A DNA stretch of 64,000 nt from Promethearchaeota archaeon (lineage in GTDB: Archaea; Asgardarchaeota; Lokiarchaeia; Sigyniarchaeales; SOKP01): assembly GCA_030603385.1 (NCBI GenBank), contig JAUVXW010000003.1, positions 96,001 through 160,000 of the forward strand. Direction: 5' to 3'. Under the pieces are notes generated by a model that worked only from the letters and a program-made list of their open reading frames with translations, searched no databases and had not been told where the DNA came from. Below, in pieces: positions 28,885 through 38,742 of the stretch; positions within the stretch are counted from its first letter, which is position 1, and each line of letters starts with the position of its first letter. Both the position numbers and the translations under genes were made by a program.

Positions 28885-30189
28885 TTAAGCATCTGTATTT
28901 TCAATTATCATTGCAGTTCCTTGTCCACCGCCACAACACATTGTAGCGAGACCATATTTCGCGTTTTTCTCTTTTAAAATTCTTGCCAATGTACCAACTA
29001 TTCTGGGGCCTGTTGCTGCTATTGGGTGCCCTATTGAAATGGCACCACCTTTAATATTAATATCGTCAATTTTATCATCTAACCCAACTTCATGAACCCA
29101 ATTAAGTCCTACACTACCAAACGCCTCATTAATTTCCCAAAAGTCGATATCATCTATAGTTAAGCCCGCATGCTTTAACGCCATCCAAGTTGCAGGAACA
29201 GGACCTCTTCCCATAACTGTGGGATCCACCGCACCATATCCATTCGAAACAATACGAGCTAATGGATCAAGATCATGTTTTTTCATTGCATCTTCTGACA
29301 TTAATAACAAGGTAGCAGCTCCTGCATTAATTGGGCATGAATTTCCCGCAGTTACTAGGCCCAGTTCTGTCCCAAACTCTTTAACATATTCATCTTTACT
29401 CATGAGTGGTCTATAGTATCCACCATCCCAACCAGGTTTACTTAGAGCTCTTAAATCCTTTGTTCCTTCATAGGTGGCATTTTTCCTGACAGAAAGATCA
29501 TGCTCAATTAACATAGGAGTATCCTCATCACCTTCAGCATGAGCCATTACAGGGGCAATTTCTCCCTTGAAAAACCCTTCTTCTTGACCTTTAGCAGCTA
29601 ATTGATGACTGCGAACTGAAAATCTATCATAGTCTTCTTTAGTGAAAATACCAGCATTCATTTCTGAGAGTTTTTGAGCTGTTTGTAGCATTGAGTACGA
29701 GCAACGGAAATCAACGACATCATCAACAAAAAGCTCATGTCCTACCCTCATAGCAGGGGGTGTTTCTCTTACCGTTGGACGTTTTGATCGTGACATAGTA
29801 GCATTATTTTTCCCAGTCGCTATCACTACATCAGAATACCCCATTGCAATATTATTATATCCTATGGAAGCGCAGGTCATTCCTGAACCACATTGCCTAT
29901 CTAATGCGATAGACGATATTTTTGCTGGAAATTTCGCTAAAAACAGGGAATATCTTCCTCCAAAGGCTATATTTTCATAATTAAAATGAGTAGCTCCTAC
30001 ATAAAACTCATCTACATCTTCAGGTTTTACTTTATCTTTTAGACGGTTGTCAAACATATCTATTAATGTTAGAGCAGTCAATTCATCAGGACGTAAGGTT
30101 CCAAACGCATCTCTTGCTGGTTCTCTTGGTCGAGATCTTGAAAAAGGAGTTCTTACATAATCAGTAATATATACATCTCTTATTTTCAT
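28885..30189 (-). CDS. Thiolase (acetyl-CoA C-acyltransferase), catalytic residues intact
   Basis: DRQCGSG, NEAF, GHPIAATG, MCCGGGQG. Confidence 0.95.
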   Translation of the reverse strand: MKIRDVYITDYVRTPFSRSRPREPARDAFGTLRPDELTALTLIDMFDNRLKDKVKPEDVDEFYVGATHFNYENIAFGGRYSLFLAKFPAKISSIALDRQCGSGMTCASIGYNNIAMGYSDVVIATGKNNATMSRSKRPTVRETPPAMRVGHELFVDDVVDFRCSYSMLQTAQKLSEMNAGIFTKEDYDRFSVRSHQLAAKGQEEGFFKGEIAPVMAHAEGDEDTPMLIEHDLSVRKNATYEGTKDLRALSKPGWDGGYYRPLMSKDEYVKEFGTELGLVTAGNSCPINAGAATLLLMSEDAMKKHDLDPLARIVSNGYGAVDPTVMGRGPVPATWMALKHAGLTIDDIDFWEINEAFGSVGLNWVHEVGLDDKIDDINIKGGAISIGHPIAATGPRIVGTLARILKEKNAKYGLATMCCGGGQGTAMIIENTDA

Positions 30190-30229
30190 ATTTTTTAAAC
30201 CTCTTTTTATTTTTTACCTCATATTATAC

Positions 30230-31564
30230 TCACATATCTATATTCTCAATTACTACAGCTGTTCCCTGACCCCCCGCACATGACATAGCAGCAAGACCAT
30301 ATTTTGCACTCTTCTCTTTAAGAATTCTAGCTAATGTTGTCGTGATTCTCAGACCCGTAGCGGATGCTGGATTTCCTATCGCTATTGCTCCTCCATGAAT
30401 ATTCATTTTATTTTCCCAATCAATACCTAATTTATTAGCAGCATTAAGTGCTACAACACTAAAGGATTCATTAATTTCCCAAAAATCAATATCTCCCACT
30501 TTTAAACCTGCATGCTCTAAAGCCATTTTGGATGCCGGTACTACACCTCGTCCCCATACAGTTGGATCTACCCCCGCAAAACCAATTGATATAACCTTCG
30601 CCATGGGTTTCAAGTTGTATTCTTCAAGTGCATTTTTAGATGCTAATAAGCAAAGTGAAGCTCCATTACTTATTGGAGAACTATTTCCTGTTGTAATAAT
30701 ACCCTTCTCTGTTCCAAATTTTGCAATATATGCCTCTTTAGAAAGTACAGGATTATTATAGCCACCTGCCCATCCTGGAGTGCCTATGGAAGGCATATTT
30801 GCAATATTTTCCAAAGTAATCGCCTTTTTGATAGATTGATCTATTTCAACCTCAATTTGGGTATCAGGTTCACCTTCTTTATGCCCTTTAAGAGACATAA
30901 TTTCTTCTTTGAAATATCCATTTTCCAAAGCCTTCGCTGCTAAATTATGGCTACGTGTACTTAATTTATCCATTTCATCCTTTGTGAGAAGCTCTGCTTC
31001 TTCCTCAGCAAGTTTTTGAGCTGCTTGAAACAATAACCGACTCGTTTTCCAATCATATAAATCATCATTATACCATTTGCTATCTGGATCAAGCATAAGT
31101 TTATCTGGCGGCATCCCATATACTGTTACTTTTCCATCGTAACTATGCATTGGTACTCGAGTAAATTGATCAAAACCTAAGGATACCACCACATCGGAAT
31201 AACCCATTGAAATATTGCCAAAACCAACATGTAAAGTTGTCATGCCGGAACCGTCTTGTTTGTCAAATATCGTTGCAGGCACATGAAAGGGAAATTTTGC
31301 CATAAATATAGGAATCCTTCCCCCAAATGTCCCATGCTCATGTTGTAATAAAGTACTGCCAATCAAAACCTCAGAAACATTCTCACGTTTGAGTGTGCTT
31401 CCCTTGTTTGGTATACGTTTGTCAAACATATCTATCAAAACATGAGCTGCAAATTCTAATCCCTGCTTATTACTAAAAACATCATCAGCAGGATCCAGAG
31501 GATTTGCTTGAGAAAATGGTGTCCTTACATGGTCTACTAAATATACTTCTCTTGCTTCCTTCAT
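30230..31564 (-). CDS. Thiolase-fold protein lacking the catalytic Cys and His (pseudo-thiolase)
   Basis: DKQDGSG (Cys->Asp), NESF, GNPASATG (His->Asn), MSCAGGQG; full-length intact ORF. Confidence 0.9.
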   Translation of the reverse strand: MKEAREVYLVDHVRTPFSQANPLDPADDVFSNKQGLEFAAHVLIDMFDKRIPNKGSTLKRENVSEVLIGSTLLQHEHGTFGGRIPIFMAKFPFHVPATIFDKQDGSGMTTLHVGFGNISMGYSDVVVSLGFDQFTRVPMHSYDGKVTVYGMPPDKLMLDPDSKWYNDDLYDWKTSRLLFQAAQKLAEEEAELLTKDEMDKLSTRSHNLAAKALENGYFKEEIMSLKGHKEGEPDTQIEVEIDQSIKKAITLENIANMPSIGTPGWAGGYNNPVLSKEAYIAKFGTEKGIITTGNSSPISNGASLCLLASKNALEEYNLKPMAKVISIGFAGVDPTVWGRGVVPASKMALEHAGLKVGDIDFWEINESFSVVALNAANKLGIDWENKMNIHGGAIAIGNPASATGLRITTTLARILKEKSAKYGLAAMSCAGGQGTAVVIENIDM

Positions 31565-31697
31565 ATTTTATGTTCTCTTTTTATTTAAAATATAAGATTA
31601 TAATGTTGAAATTTAACGATAAATAAATATTTTCATATCATTAAAAATAATTATACTAGTTAAAACTAAAAAAAATAAAAAAGAAGTATATTAATTT

Positions 31698-32480
31698 TTA
31701 CCTTCCCTTAAAGATGGGTTTACGTTTTTCTACAAAAGAGGTAGCAGCTTCCTTATGGTCTTCAGAAGCATAACATTTGGCATTAAATTCTCCTTCAATC
31801 TTTAGCATTTCATCAAAAACCTTATCATAACCTCTATGTATCGCTTCCTTCGAAAGGGCCAAAGCAAGTGGTGCTTGTTCTGCTAGATGATTAGCAAACT
31901 CCAACGTTTTAGGTAATAACTCTTCATGAGGAAATACTGCATTAACCAACCCAATCTTATAAGCTTCATCAGCAAATATACGTTTACCACTAAATATAAG
32001 CTCTTTTGCTTTATGAACACCAATAAATTTAGGTAGTAAAAAACTACCATTCATATCTGGAATTAATCCCATGCGAATGAAGAATTCTCCAAAACTAGCT
32101 TTCTCTGATGCGTAAATAATGTCGCAACTTAATGTTAAATTGGTTCCAAACCCAACTGCTACACCATTTACCGCAGCAATAATTGGCTTGTATAATCGAA
32201 AAAAATCATAAGGGTGAATAGTTACAGCACCACCTGAAGTTTCTTCCCTAAATTTCCCGCTAGCAAACTCTTGAACATCTGCTCCTGCACAAAATGCTTT
32301 CCCTGCTCCCGTTATGACAATTACTCTCACGTCAGAATCTTCTTTAGCAGCCTTTAGTGAATTTTTCAAATCTGCATTCATTTGTACATTGATAGCATTC
32401 ATTCTCTCAGGACGATTAAGTGTAATAACCGCCACCATACCTTTTTTCTCGTATAGAATAGTTTCATATTCTGGACTCAT
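31698..32480 (-). CDS. Crotonase-fold enoyl-CoA hydratase/isomerase (PaaG-like)
   Basis: LNRPERMNA, AFCAGAD, KPIIAAVNGVAVGFG, GLIPD; probable start ATG 32480. Confidence 0.9.
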   Translation of the reverse strand: MSPEYETILYEKKGMVAVITLNRPERMNAINVQMNADLKNSLKAAKEDSDVRVIVITGAGKAFCAGADVQEFASGKFREETSGGAVTIHPYDFFRLYKPIIAAVNGVAVGFGTNLTLSCDIIYASEKASFGEFFIRMGLIPDMNGSFLLPKFIGVHKAKELIFSGKRIFADEAYKIGLVNAVFPHEELLPKTLEFANHLAEQAPLALALSKEAIHRGYDKVFDEMLKIEGEFNAKCYASEDHKEAATSFVEKRKPIFKGR

Positions 32481-32709
32481 AAACAATAACACCTTCAAAT
32501 AAAAACTATTAAAATTCTGTAATTTGTTAGTTTTTAGTTTGTATTAAATAAAATTGATTCTTGTACTATTTAATTTTTTTACTTTTTACATTTAGAAGAA
32601 ACAGCACTAAAATTATCAAGATAAAAAATAAAACTTTATTATCATACCAATTTAAATAAAATATTGAATGAATATTAACCTAAAAAAAAGTATTATTTGA
32701 TGATAAAAA

Positions 32710-33840
32710 ATGAGTAGTAAAGCTGAATATGAAAAAGCTCTTAAAACTTTATTTAAAGCAGGAGGATTTCAATTCCCATTTTCAGAAACTATACATGAAA
32801 TTCTAAAAATAACTATCAAAGATGAAAATCTAGATTTCATAATAGCTTTTGAAAACCAGACCTCTCAAACAATGGAGCAATTAAAAGAGAGTAGTGGATT
32901 ATCTGAAGAAGAAATTCTAGAAAAAGCAGACGCTTTAGCAAAAATGGGGGTAATAATCAACCAACCTAATCGTAGTGGGGTAATGGTATATCAATTATTC
33001 CCTTTTCATAGGCAATTTGAATATATTTTTATGCAAAACCTTGAAAAAACGGAAGAGAATTATAAGATAGCACGGTTATTCGGTAAATTGAATGAAGAAC
33101 ATAGCGATATTGTCCAATCTCAATATGACGGATATAGTGCTGCATTGAATCGTATGCCCGCAATGGATCGTACGGTTCCGATATTGGAGGATTTGGAAAC
33201 AGGTGAAGAAATTAATGTTATTGTAAATGAAGAAATAGAAGTGCCAAAAGAAAAAATATTACCGACTCAACAAATTAGAGAACTTATTGAAAAATATGAT
33301 GATATCGCTGTAGGTAATTGCTACTGTCGTCAACATCAAGAATTTCTAGGTAATCCCTGCAAACAAATCGAACTTACACCAAGTTGTATGACCTTAGGTA
33401 AATCTGCAAGGCATACTTCTAATCATGGTTTCTCTAAATTGGTGTCTAAGGAAGAAGCTTTGAAAATTCTTAAAAAATGTGAAGATGCAGGATTAGTCCA
33501 TAAAGCCTATCATAAATACGGTAATTCATCAGCAGAGGAAGTCGCAATCTGTAATTGCTGTAACTGTTGTTGCATGACTGCCCGAGATTGCTTAATTTTT
33601 CCTGTAGTCAATGAGACAAATTATTTAGCTAGCATCGATGAAGATTTATGCACAGGATGTGGTACCTGCGTAGATTTATGCTATAATAAAGCGATTGAAT
33701 TAAATGATGACAATAAAGCGGAAAGAATAGAAGAATTCTGTGCAGGATGTGGTGTGTGTGCTTATCATTGCCCTGAAAATGCAATTTCTCTTATCGAAGG
33801 ACCGAGAATGGTAAGAATGCTCCCTCCACGTAAAAATTAA
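32710..33840 (+). CDS. Polyferredoxin-like 4Fe-4S protein with an N-terminal helix-turn-helix-like region
   Basis: CYCRQH..PC...C, ICNCCNCCC and two CxxCxxCxxxC motifs; paralogue of 57446-58573. Confidence 0.85.
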   Translation: MSSKAEYEKALKTLFKAGGFQFPFSETIHEILKITIKDENLDFIIAFENQTSQTMEQLKESSGLSEEEILEKADALAKMGVIINQPNRSGVMVYQLFPFHRQFEYIFMQNLEKTEENYKIARLFGKLNEEHSDIVQSQYDGYSAALNRMPAMDRTVPILEDLETGEEINVIVNEEIEVPKEKILPTQQIRELIEKYDDIAVGNCYCRQHQEFLGNPCKQIELTPSCMTLGKSARHTSNHGFSKLVSKEEALKILKKCEDAGLVHKAYHKYGNSSAEEVAICNCCNCCCMTARDCLIFPVVNETNYLASIDEDLCTGCGTCVDLCYNKAIELNDDNKAERIEEFCAGCGVCAYHCPENAISLIEGPRMVRMLPPRKN

Positions 33841-33855
33841 ATTTTTTCTTTATTC

Positions 33856-33946
33856 GTTTTTTTTTAATTGAATGATTCTTATGTATTCTCAAGTCATCGT
33901 GAGAGGCTTGCCTTAATCAAATAAATTGAATTTTATTGAGAATTAC
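33856..33946 (+). pseudogene. Scar of a deleted HEPN-MNT module (upstream flank joined to the last 13 codons of an MNT gene)
   Basis: 33886-33924 reads FSSHRERLALIK* versus FSSYQERLSLIK* at 35817-35855; flanks match 34939-34968 and 35858-35869. Confidence 0.75.
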
Positions 33947-34106
33947 ACTTGAAGCATGAGAATAGATTTAAATTTTAATTTTTAGATTAAAAGTTCAAAT
34001 ATGTTTTCTAAGACAATATCTATTCGGGAAGATGGATTTAATATGAATAATTATAAATGTATATAAAAAATATAATACTTAATATATAAATGATGGTAAT
34101 ACCAAT

Positions 34107-34865
34107 TTGACTATTATTAATTTTAAAGTGGATGAAGGGAAAAAGAAGAAAATCGAAGAAATTGCTAAGTTTAAAGGGTATAAAAGTGTCAGCGAATTCA
34201 TTCGGGAAGCTATTGATGAAAAAATGAATTTGCAAAAATTAATTGACGACTTTAAAGAAAAAAATCCTCCTATCGATTTAGATAAAATTGACATACCTGA
34301 TTTCATACCAGATGGAAAGTATTTAGGAATCTCTAGAAATACAATTGTAGTTATTGGAGATACATTGCAAGAAGTAATGAAAACGCTTTATGAAAAGTTC
34401 CCAGAAGCGTCTGCAGGGATTCTACGTAAAGGTAAAGAAATGGAGCAGTTTGAGACACTATTTTCACAATTTTCTACTGAAAATACCAAATGTTTCCAGC
34501 AAGCTGAAATTGCTAAAAGATTTTTTCCTATTTTAGAAATTTTCATATCACTTAATGGAGATAAAAAGTCTTTACTTGGATTAGTTGATACTGGAGCATC
34601 GATCATGGCCCTTGATAGAAAGTTCATTGAAAATTTTGAATTAAAACCTATTAGAAAAAGTAAAATATTAACTGCGAATGGAATTATTGAAGCACCAATC
34701 TATAAAAGCATGTTCCAATATGAAAATCTCTCATATGAATTAGAATTCACATCATCTGATACTAGTGGATTACCAATTCAAGTACTAATCGGAAAAAATT
34801 TTATTGATAAGTTTAATATACTTTTCCTAGGGAGAGAAAAATTGTTTTGTATCCAGGCGCTATAA
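34107..34865 (+). CDS. Ribbon-helix-helix + DUF5678-like + retropepsin-like (clan AA) aspartic protease fusion
   Basis: IINFKVD...SVSEFIREAI (CopG/RHH); GKYLGI...IVVIGDTLQEV (DUF5678-like); LVDTGAS, TANG flap, LIGKNF. Confidence 0.82.
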   Translation: MTIINFKVDEGKKKKIEEIAKFKGYKSVSEFIREAIDEKMNLQKLIDDFKEKNPPIDLDKIDIPDFIPDGKYLGISRNTIVVIGDTLQEVMKTLYEKFPEASAGILRKGKEMEQFETLFSQFSTENTKCFQQAEIAKRFFPILEIFISLNGDKKSLLGLVDTGASIMALDRKFIENFELKPIRKSKILTANGIIEAPIYKSMFQYENLSYELEFTSSDTSGLPIQVLIGKNFIDKFNILFLGREKLFCIQAL

Positions 34866-35065
34866 ATAATTCTATTTTTGGAAATTCATCGAATATTGAA
34901 CTAGACATTTGATTCTATCTCATCTTAATTTTTTAATTGTTTTTTTTTAAATTGAATAATTCTTGTGTTAAAAGTTGTTTAAAAAAATCTTAATACATGT
35001 AAATAATATAAATAATAGAAAAGAGATTTAATAATTAAAGAAGTGAAATTTAGCTAAGAATTCTA

Positions 35066-35470
35066 ATGGATAATTTAAGAATTAAGCGATATCATGATAA
35101 AATAAACCATGTAATAGATTATATAAAGGATTTACCAATAGAACCAAAAAACGAACTTGAAAAACGTGGGATATTTTATTCCTTACAAACATCCATTGAA
35201 GCAATTGTAGATTTAATTGCAATGCTTATTAAAGATTTAGGAATTCAAGTTAAAGATGATGTTGCCAATATTTCGGAAATTGTCAAAGTTAGAAAACTAA
35301 AATCAGAGTTAGGAGAAAACTTAAAAAAAGCTAATGGTATGCGAAATATTATAGTCCATCGTTATAATAATTTTGAAGAACAAATAATCCTAAATTCTGT
35401 CGAAGAAATAAAAGATCTTTTATATCAATGGATAAAAATTGTGGAGGAAATATTAAATGAAACTATATAA
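35066..35470 (+). CDS. hepT: HEPN (DUF86/HepT-like) RNase toxin
   Basis: LQTSIEAIVD and RNIIVHRY (Rx4HxY) motifs. Confidence 0.9.
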   Translation: MDNLRIKRYHDKINHVIDYIKDLPIEPKNELEKRGIFYSLQTSIEAIVDLIAMLIKDLGIQVKDDVANISEIVKVRKLKSELGENLKKANGMRNIIVHRYNNFEEQIILNSVEEIKDLLYQWIKIVEEILNETI

Positions 35471-35855
35471 GATAGCGGAATTAAGGGAAAATTTAAGATC
35501 ACTAAAGCAGAATTATGACGTGATTATATTTGGATCCCAAGTGGAAGGTGGAGCACGCCCAAATTCAGACATTGACATTGCTGTGATTTCACGTGAAAAT
35601 GTTATAGAAAAAAATATTAACTTGCAAAAAGAACTTTTAGGAAAATTTTCTTCAAAATTTGACGTTCGCGTATTTGAATTATTTCCAATCTATATTCAAA
35701 TTTCTATTATTGACCACTATGAAGTTATTTTTGGAGATATTTTAGAGATTTCTGAATATTTTTATACTTTTCGCAAAAAATGGGACGATTGTAAACACCG
35801 GATATTATCAAATCAGTTTTCAAGTTATCAAGAGCGTCTTTCTTTAATTAAATAA
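35457..35855 (+). CDS. mntA: Minimal nucleotidyltransferase (MNT) antitoxin
   Basis: FGS-x10-DID motif plus a downstream Asp (FDVRVF); overlaps the HEPN gene by 14 nt. Confidence 0.9.
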   Translation: MKLYKIAELRENLRSLKQNYDVIIFGSQVEGGARPNSDIDIAVISRENVIEKNINLQKELLGKFSSKFDVRVFELFPIYIQISIIDHYEVIFGDILEISEYFYTFRKKWDDCKHRILSNQFSSYQERLSLIK

Positions 35856-35944
35856 AGATTGAGAATTACTTTCCAAATGAATGTGGGTTACTAATTAATT
35901 TTAATAAAAAGATGATAAAAAGAAAAAAAGAATGATTTTTTAAA

Positions 35945-36775
35945 TTACTCTACAATGGCGTAGGCATTACCAAGTACAACTGGGCCTCGGTCAGTTCGTA
36001 CTTGAATGATATGACGACCGTTATCCTTCCAACCTTCTGTTGTGAGGGTCTCTCCAGGAAACACGACATCTTTAAATCTTGCACTGAATTCTTTAAAACG
36101 AGAAACATCCCCATTACATAGTCCATTTACAATAGCACGTGTAGCAATCCCATATGTACATAAACCATGAAGGATTGGTTTTGGTTGACCTGCCATTTTA
36201 GCAAAATTCGGATCTATATGTAGTGGATTAAAATCTCCATTTAGTCTATAAAATGCTGCTTGATTTGTACTGGTCTGATAAGAAATGCTAAAATCTGGTT
36301 CTACTCCTTCGGGAGGAATTATGGGCTCAGTTTTTGGCCCTGGGTCCCCACCGAAACCTCCTGAACCACCAACGAAAAAGCCATACCTTGTATCAAATAT
36401 ATGCTCACCTTCTGACGAATATCCGGATATTTTTGTATGTATGACAGCAGCTTTACCTTTATCGTATATATGTTCTATAACGGCTTTTGTATTTATTGTT
36501 CCATTTGGTTTAAAAGGTACATAAAGACGGATTAATTGCTCACCATGTAATAATCGGACAAAATCAGTTCCCTTTGGGAAAAGTAGTCCGCTACCTGCTA
36601 CTATCGTTGCAAAACTCGGAAACACTTTCATACCGCCTTTTACTCTTTCATAAACAAAGGATAAATCTTCTGCTTGTGCACCAATTCCCAAATTATACAA
36701 GGCACTCATTTTCCAATCATACTTAAATGTTCCCTCTCTTGTTTGTCCTACTGAATTTAAATCTATTTTTGACAT
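35945..36775 (-). CDS. Double-hotdog MaoC-type (R)-specific enoyl-CoA hydratase, copy 1
   Basis: LYNLGIGA, LLHGEQ, DKGKAAV, hydratase-2 motif YRLNGDFNPLHIDP...PILHGLCT. Confidence 0.92.
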   Translation of the reverse strand: MSKIDLNSVGQTREGTFKYDWKMSALYNLGIGAQAEDLSFVYERVKGGMKVFPSFATIVAGSGLLFPKGTDFVRLLHGEQLIRLYVPFKPNGTINTKAVIEHIYDKGKAAVIHTKISGYSSEGEHIFDTRYGFFVGGSGGFGGDPGPKTEPIIPPEGVEPDFSISYQTSTNQAAFYRLNGDFNPLHIDPNFAKMAGQPKPILHGLCTYGIATRAIVNGLCNGDVSRFKEFSARFKDVVFPGETLTTEGWKDNGRHIIQVRTDRGPVVLGNAYAIVE

Positions 36776-36895
36776 TCCGATTTTTCACTTATTTTTATAA
36801 GTTGAATTCTTTGAGTAATTATACTAAATACAGATCAAATTAAAAATAATTTCTAAAAAAAGGTAAATAAAAGGGATTTGAAATGCAAATTTATT

Positions 36896-37735
36896 TTACT
36901 CTACAACAGCGTATGCATTACCTAAAACTGTTGATCTTTCAGTTTTTACTTGGATTATATAGCGTCCGTTATCTTTCCAGCCTTCTGTTGTCAAAGTTTC
37001 ACCAGGATATACCTCGCTAGTAAATCTTGCTTTAAATTCTTTAAAACGTGAAACATCTCCATCACAAAGACCATAAACTATAGACCTTGTGGCATAGCCA
37101 TAGGTACATAATCCGTGAAGGATCGGTCTGTCAAATCTTCCACTTCTCTTAGCAAATACAGGATCTAAATGTAACGGGTTGTAATCGCCACTTAATCTAT
37201 ATATAGCTGCTTGATTTATATTGGTTTTATATGATAAACTAAAATCTGGTTCTTTTCCCTCAGGAGGATCTAACGGTTCAGCTTTGGGACCACGATCTCC
37301 ACCCCAACCACCTTCACCAATATAGAAATGAACATATTTGGCGTCGAAAATATGTTCGCCATCAGGAGTTCTACCCGACATTCTAGTATGAATAACAGCA
37401 GCTTTCCCCTTATCAAACATATTTTCGCATACACCTTTGACTTTTAATTCCCCTTCAGATGGAAAAGGCTTAACAAGTTTTATCATTTGTTCTCCATGGA
37501 TAAATCGCGCACCATCAACTGGCTTACTACTAAATCTTGGGAATCCTGCTCCCGCGAGAATACAGGCATAACTAGGAAAGACTTGCACACCTCCAGGTGT
37601 TCGCTCATAAACAAACTTAAGTTCATCTGGTTGAGCACCAATCCCGAGATTATAGAGTATTACGTCTTTCCAAGTATATTTAATGGTTCTTTCTTCAGTT
37701 TCTTTACCAATAATATCTAAATTTAAACTTGTCAT
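36896..37735 (-). CDS. Double-hotdog MaoC-type (R)-specific enoyl-CoA hydratase, copy 2
   Basis: YRLSGDYNPLHLDP...PILHGLCT. Confidence 0.92.
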   Translation of the reverse strand: MTSLNLDIIGKETEERTIKYTWKDVILYNLGIGAQPDELKFVYERTPGGVQVFPSYACILAGAGFPRFSSKPVDGARFIHGEQMIKLVKPFPSEGELKVKGVCENMFDKGKAAVIHTRMSGRTPDGEHIFDAKYVHFYIGEGGWGGDRGPKAEPLDPPEGKEPDFSLSYKTNINQAAIYRLSGDYNPLHLDPVFAKRSGRFDRPILHGLCTYGYATRSIVYGLCDGDVSRFKEFKARFTSEVYPGETLTTEGWKDNGRYIIQVKTERSTVLGNAYAVVE

Positions 37736-37908
37736 TTTTACTACTCACTAATTTTTAGATTTTTTTTAATTAATTTATATTTCGAATAATTAATTAATCA
37801 TTTCAATTAAACATTATTTCTGCTTAATTTCTCTGGAGTTAAGTTACAATGAAAGAAACAACATAAAAATAGAAAAAAAAGAAAAAATTGTTAATATTTT
37901 TTTAGAAA

Positions 37909-38742
37909 TTACTCAACAATTGCATGAGCGTTGCTGAGGACTACTGTATCTCCTTTTCGAACTTGAATTATATAACGCCCGTTATCCTTCCAGCCTTCAG
38001 TAATGAGTGTTTCTCCGGGATAAACGACATTTGTAAATCTTGCTTTAAATTCCTTGAAACGAGACACATCTCCATCACAAAGACCATATATTATAGCTCG
38101 AGTTGCATGGCCATAAGTACATAACCCATGGAGTATTGGTTTCTCTTGACCACCTTGACGTGCCAATACAGGATCTATATGTAAAGGGTTCAAATCACCA
38201 TTAAGTCTGTAAAGAACTGCTTGATTTTCAGTAGTTTTGTATGTTATACTAAAATCTGGTTCTACACCTTCAGGGGGTGTTAAAGTTTCACTTTTAGGAC
38301 CTCGTTCTCCTCCAAATCCACCTGCCCCCAGGTAAAAGAAAGCTGATTTGACATCAAATAAGGGTTCTCTCTCTTTGGTAAGAGCGGTGAATTTAACATG
38401 AATAACCGCTGCTTTACCTTTATCAAAAATATCGGTGACCTCACTGAAACAGATTACTTCTCCTGAAGAAGGAAAAGGTTTATGCAAATGGATTAATTCC
38501 TCTCCATGTATGAACCTGGGAAAAAAAACATTTCCCATGTTGCGTGGAAACGCAATTCCTCTAGCGATGGTTGCAAAACTGGGGAATACTTTAATTCCCC
38601 CTGGAGTATTCTCATAAACAAAGGGGAGTTCATCTGCCTGAGCACCAATTCCTAGAGCATAAAGTACTGCATCCCTCCAAGTATATTTAAAAGTCACTTC
38701 TGGGTTCTTAACACCAACGCAATTTAAATCTAATCCAGACAT
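37909..38742 (-). CDS. Double-hotdog MaoC-type (R)-specific enoyl-CoA hydratase, copy 3
   Basis: YRLNGDLNPLHIDP...PILHGLCT. Confidence 0.92.
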   Translation of the reverse strand: MSGLDLNCVGVKNPEVTFKYTWRDAVLYALGIGAQADELPFVYENTPGGIKVFPSFATIARGIAFPRNMGNVFFPRFIHGEELIHLHKPFPSSGEVICFSEVTDIFDKGKAAVIHVKFTALTKEREPLFDVKSAFFYLGAGGFGGERGPKSETLTPPEGVEPDFSITYKTTENQAVLYRLNGDLNPLHIDPVLARQGGQEKPILHGLCTYGHATRAIIYGLCDGDVSRFKEFKARFTNVVYPGETLITEGWKDNGRYIIQVRKGDTVVLSNAHAIVE

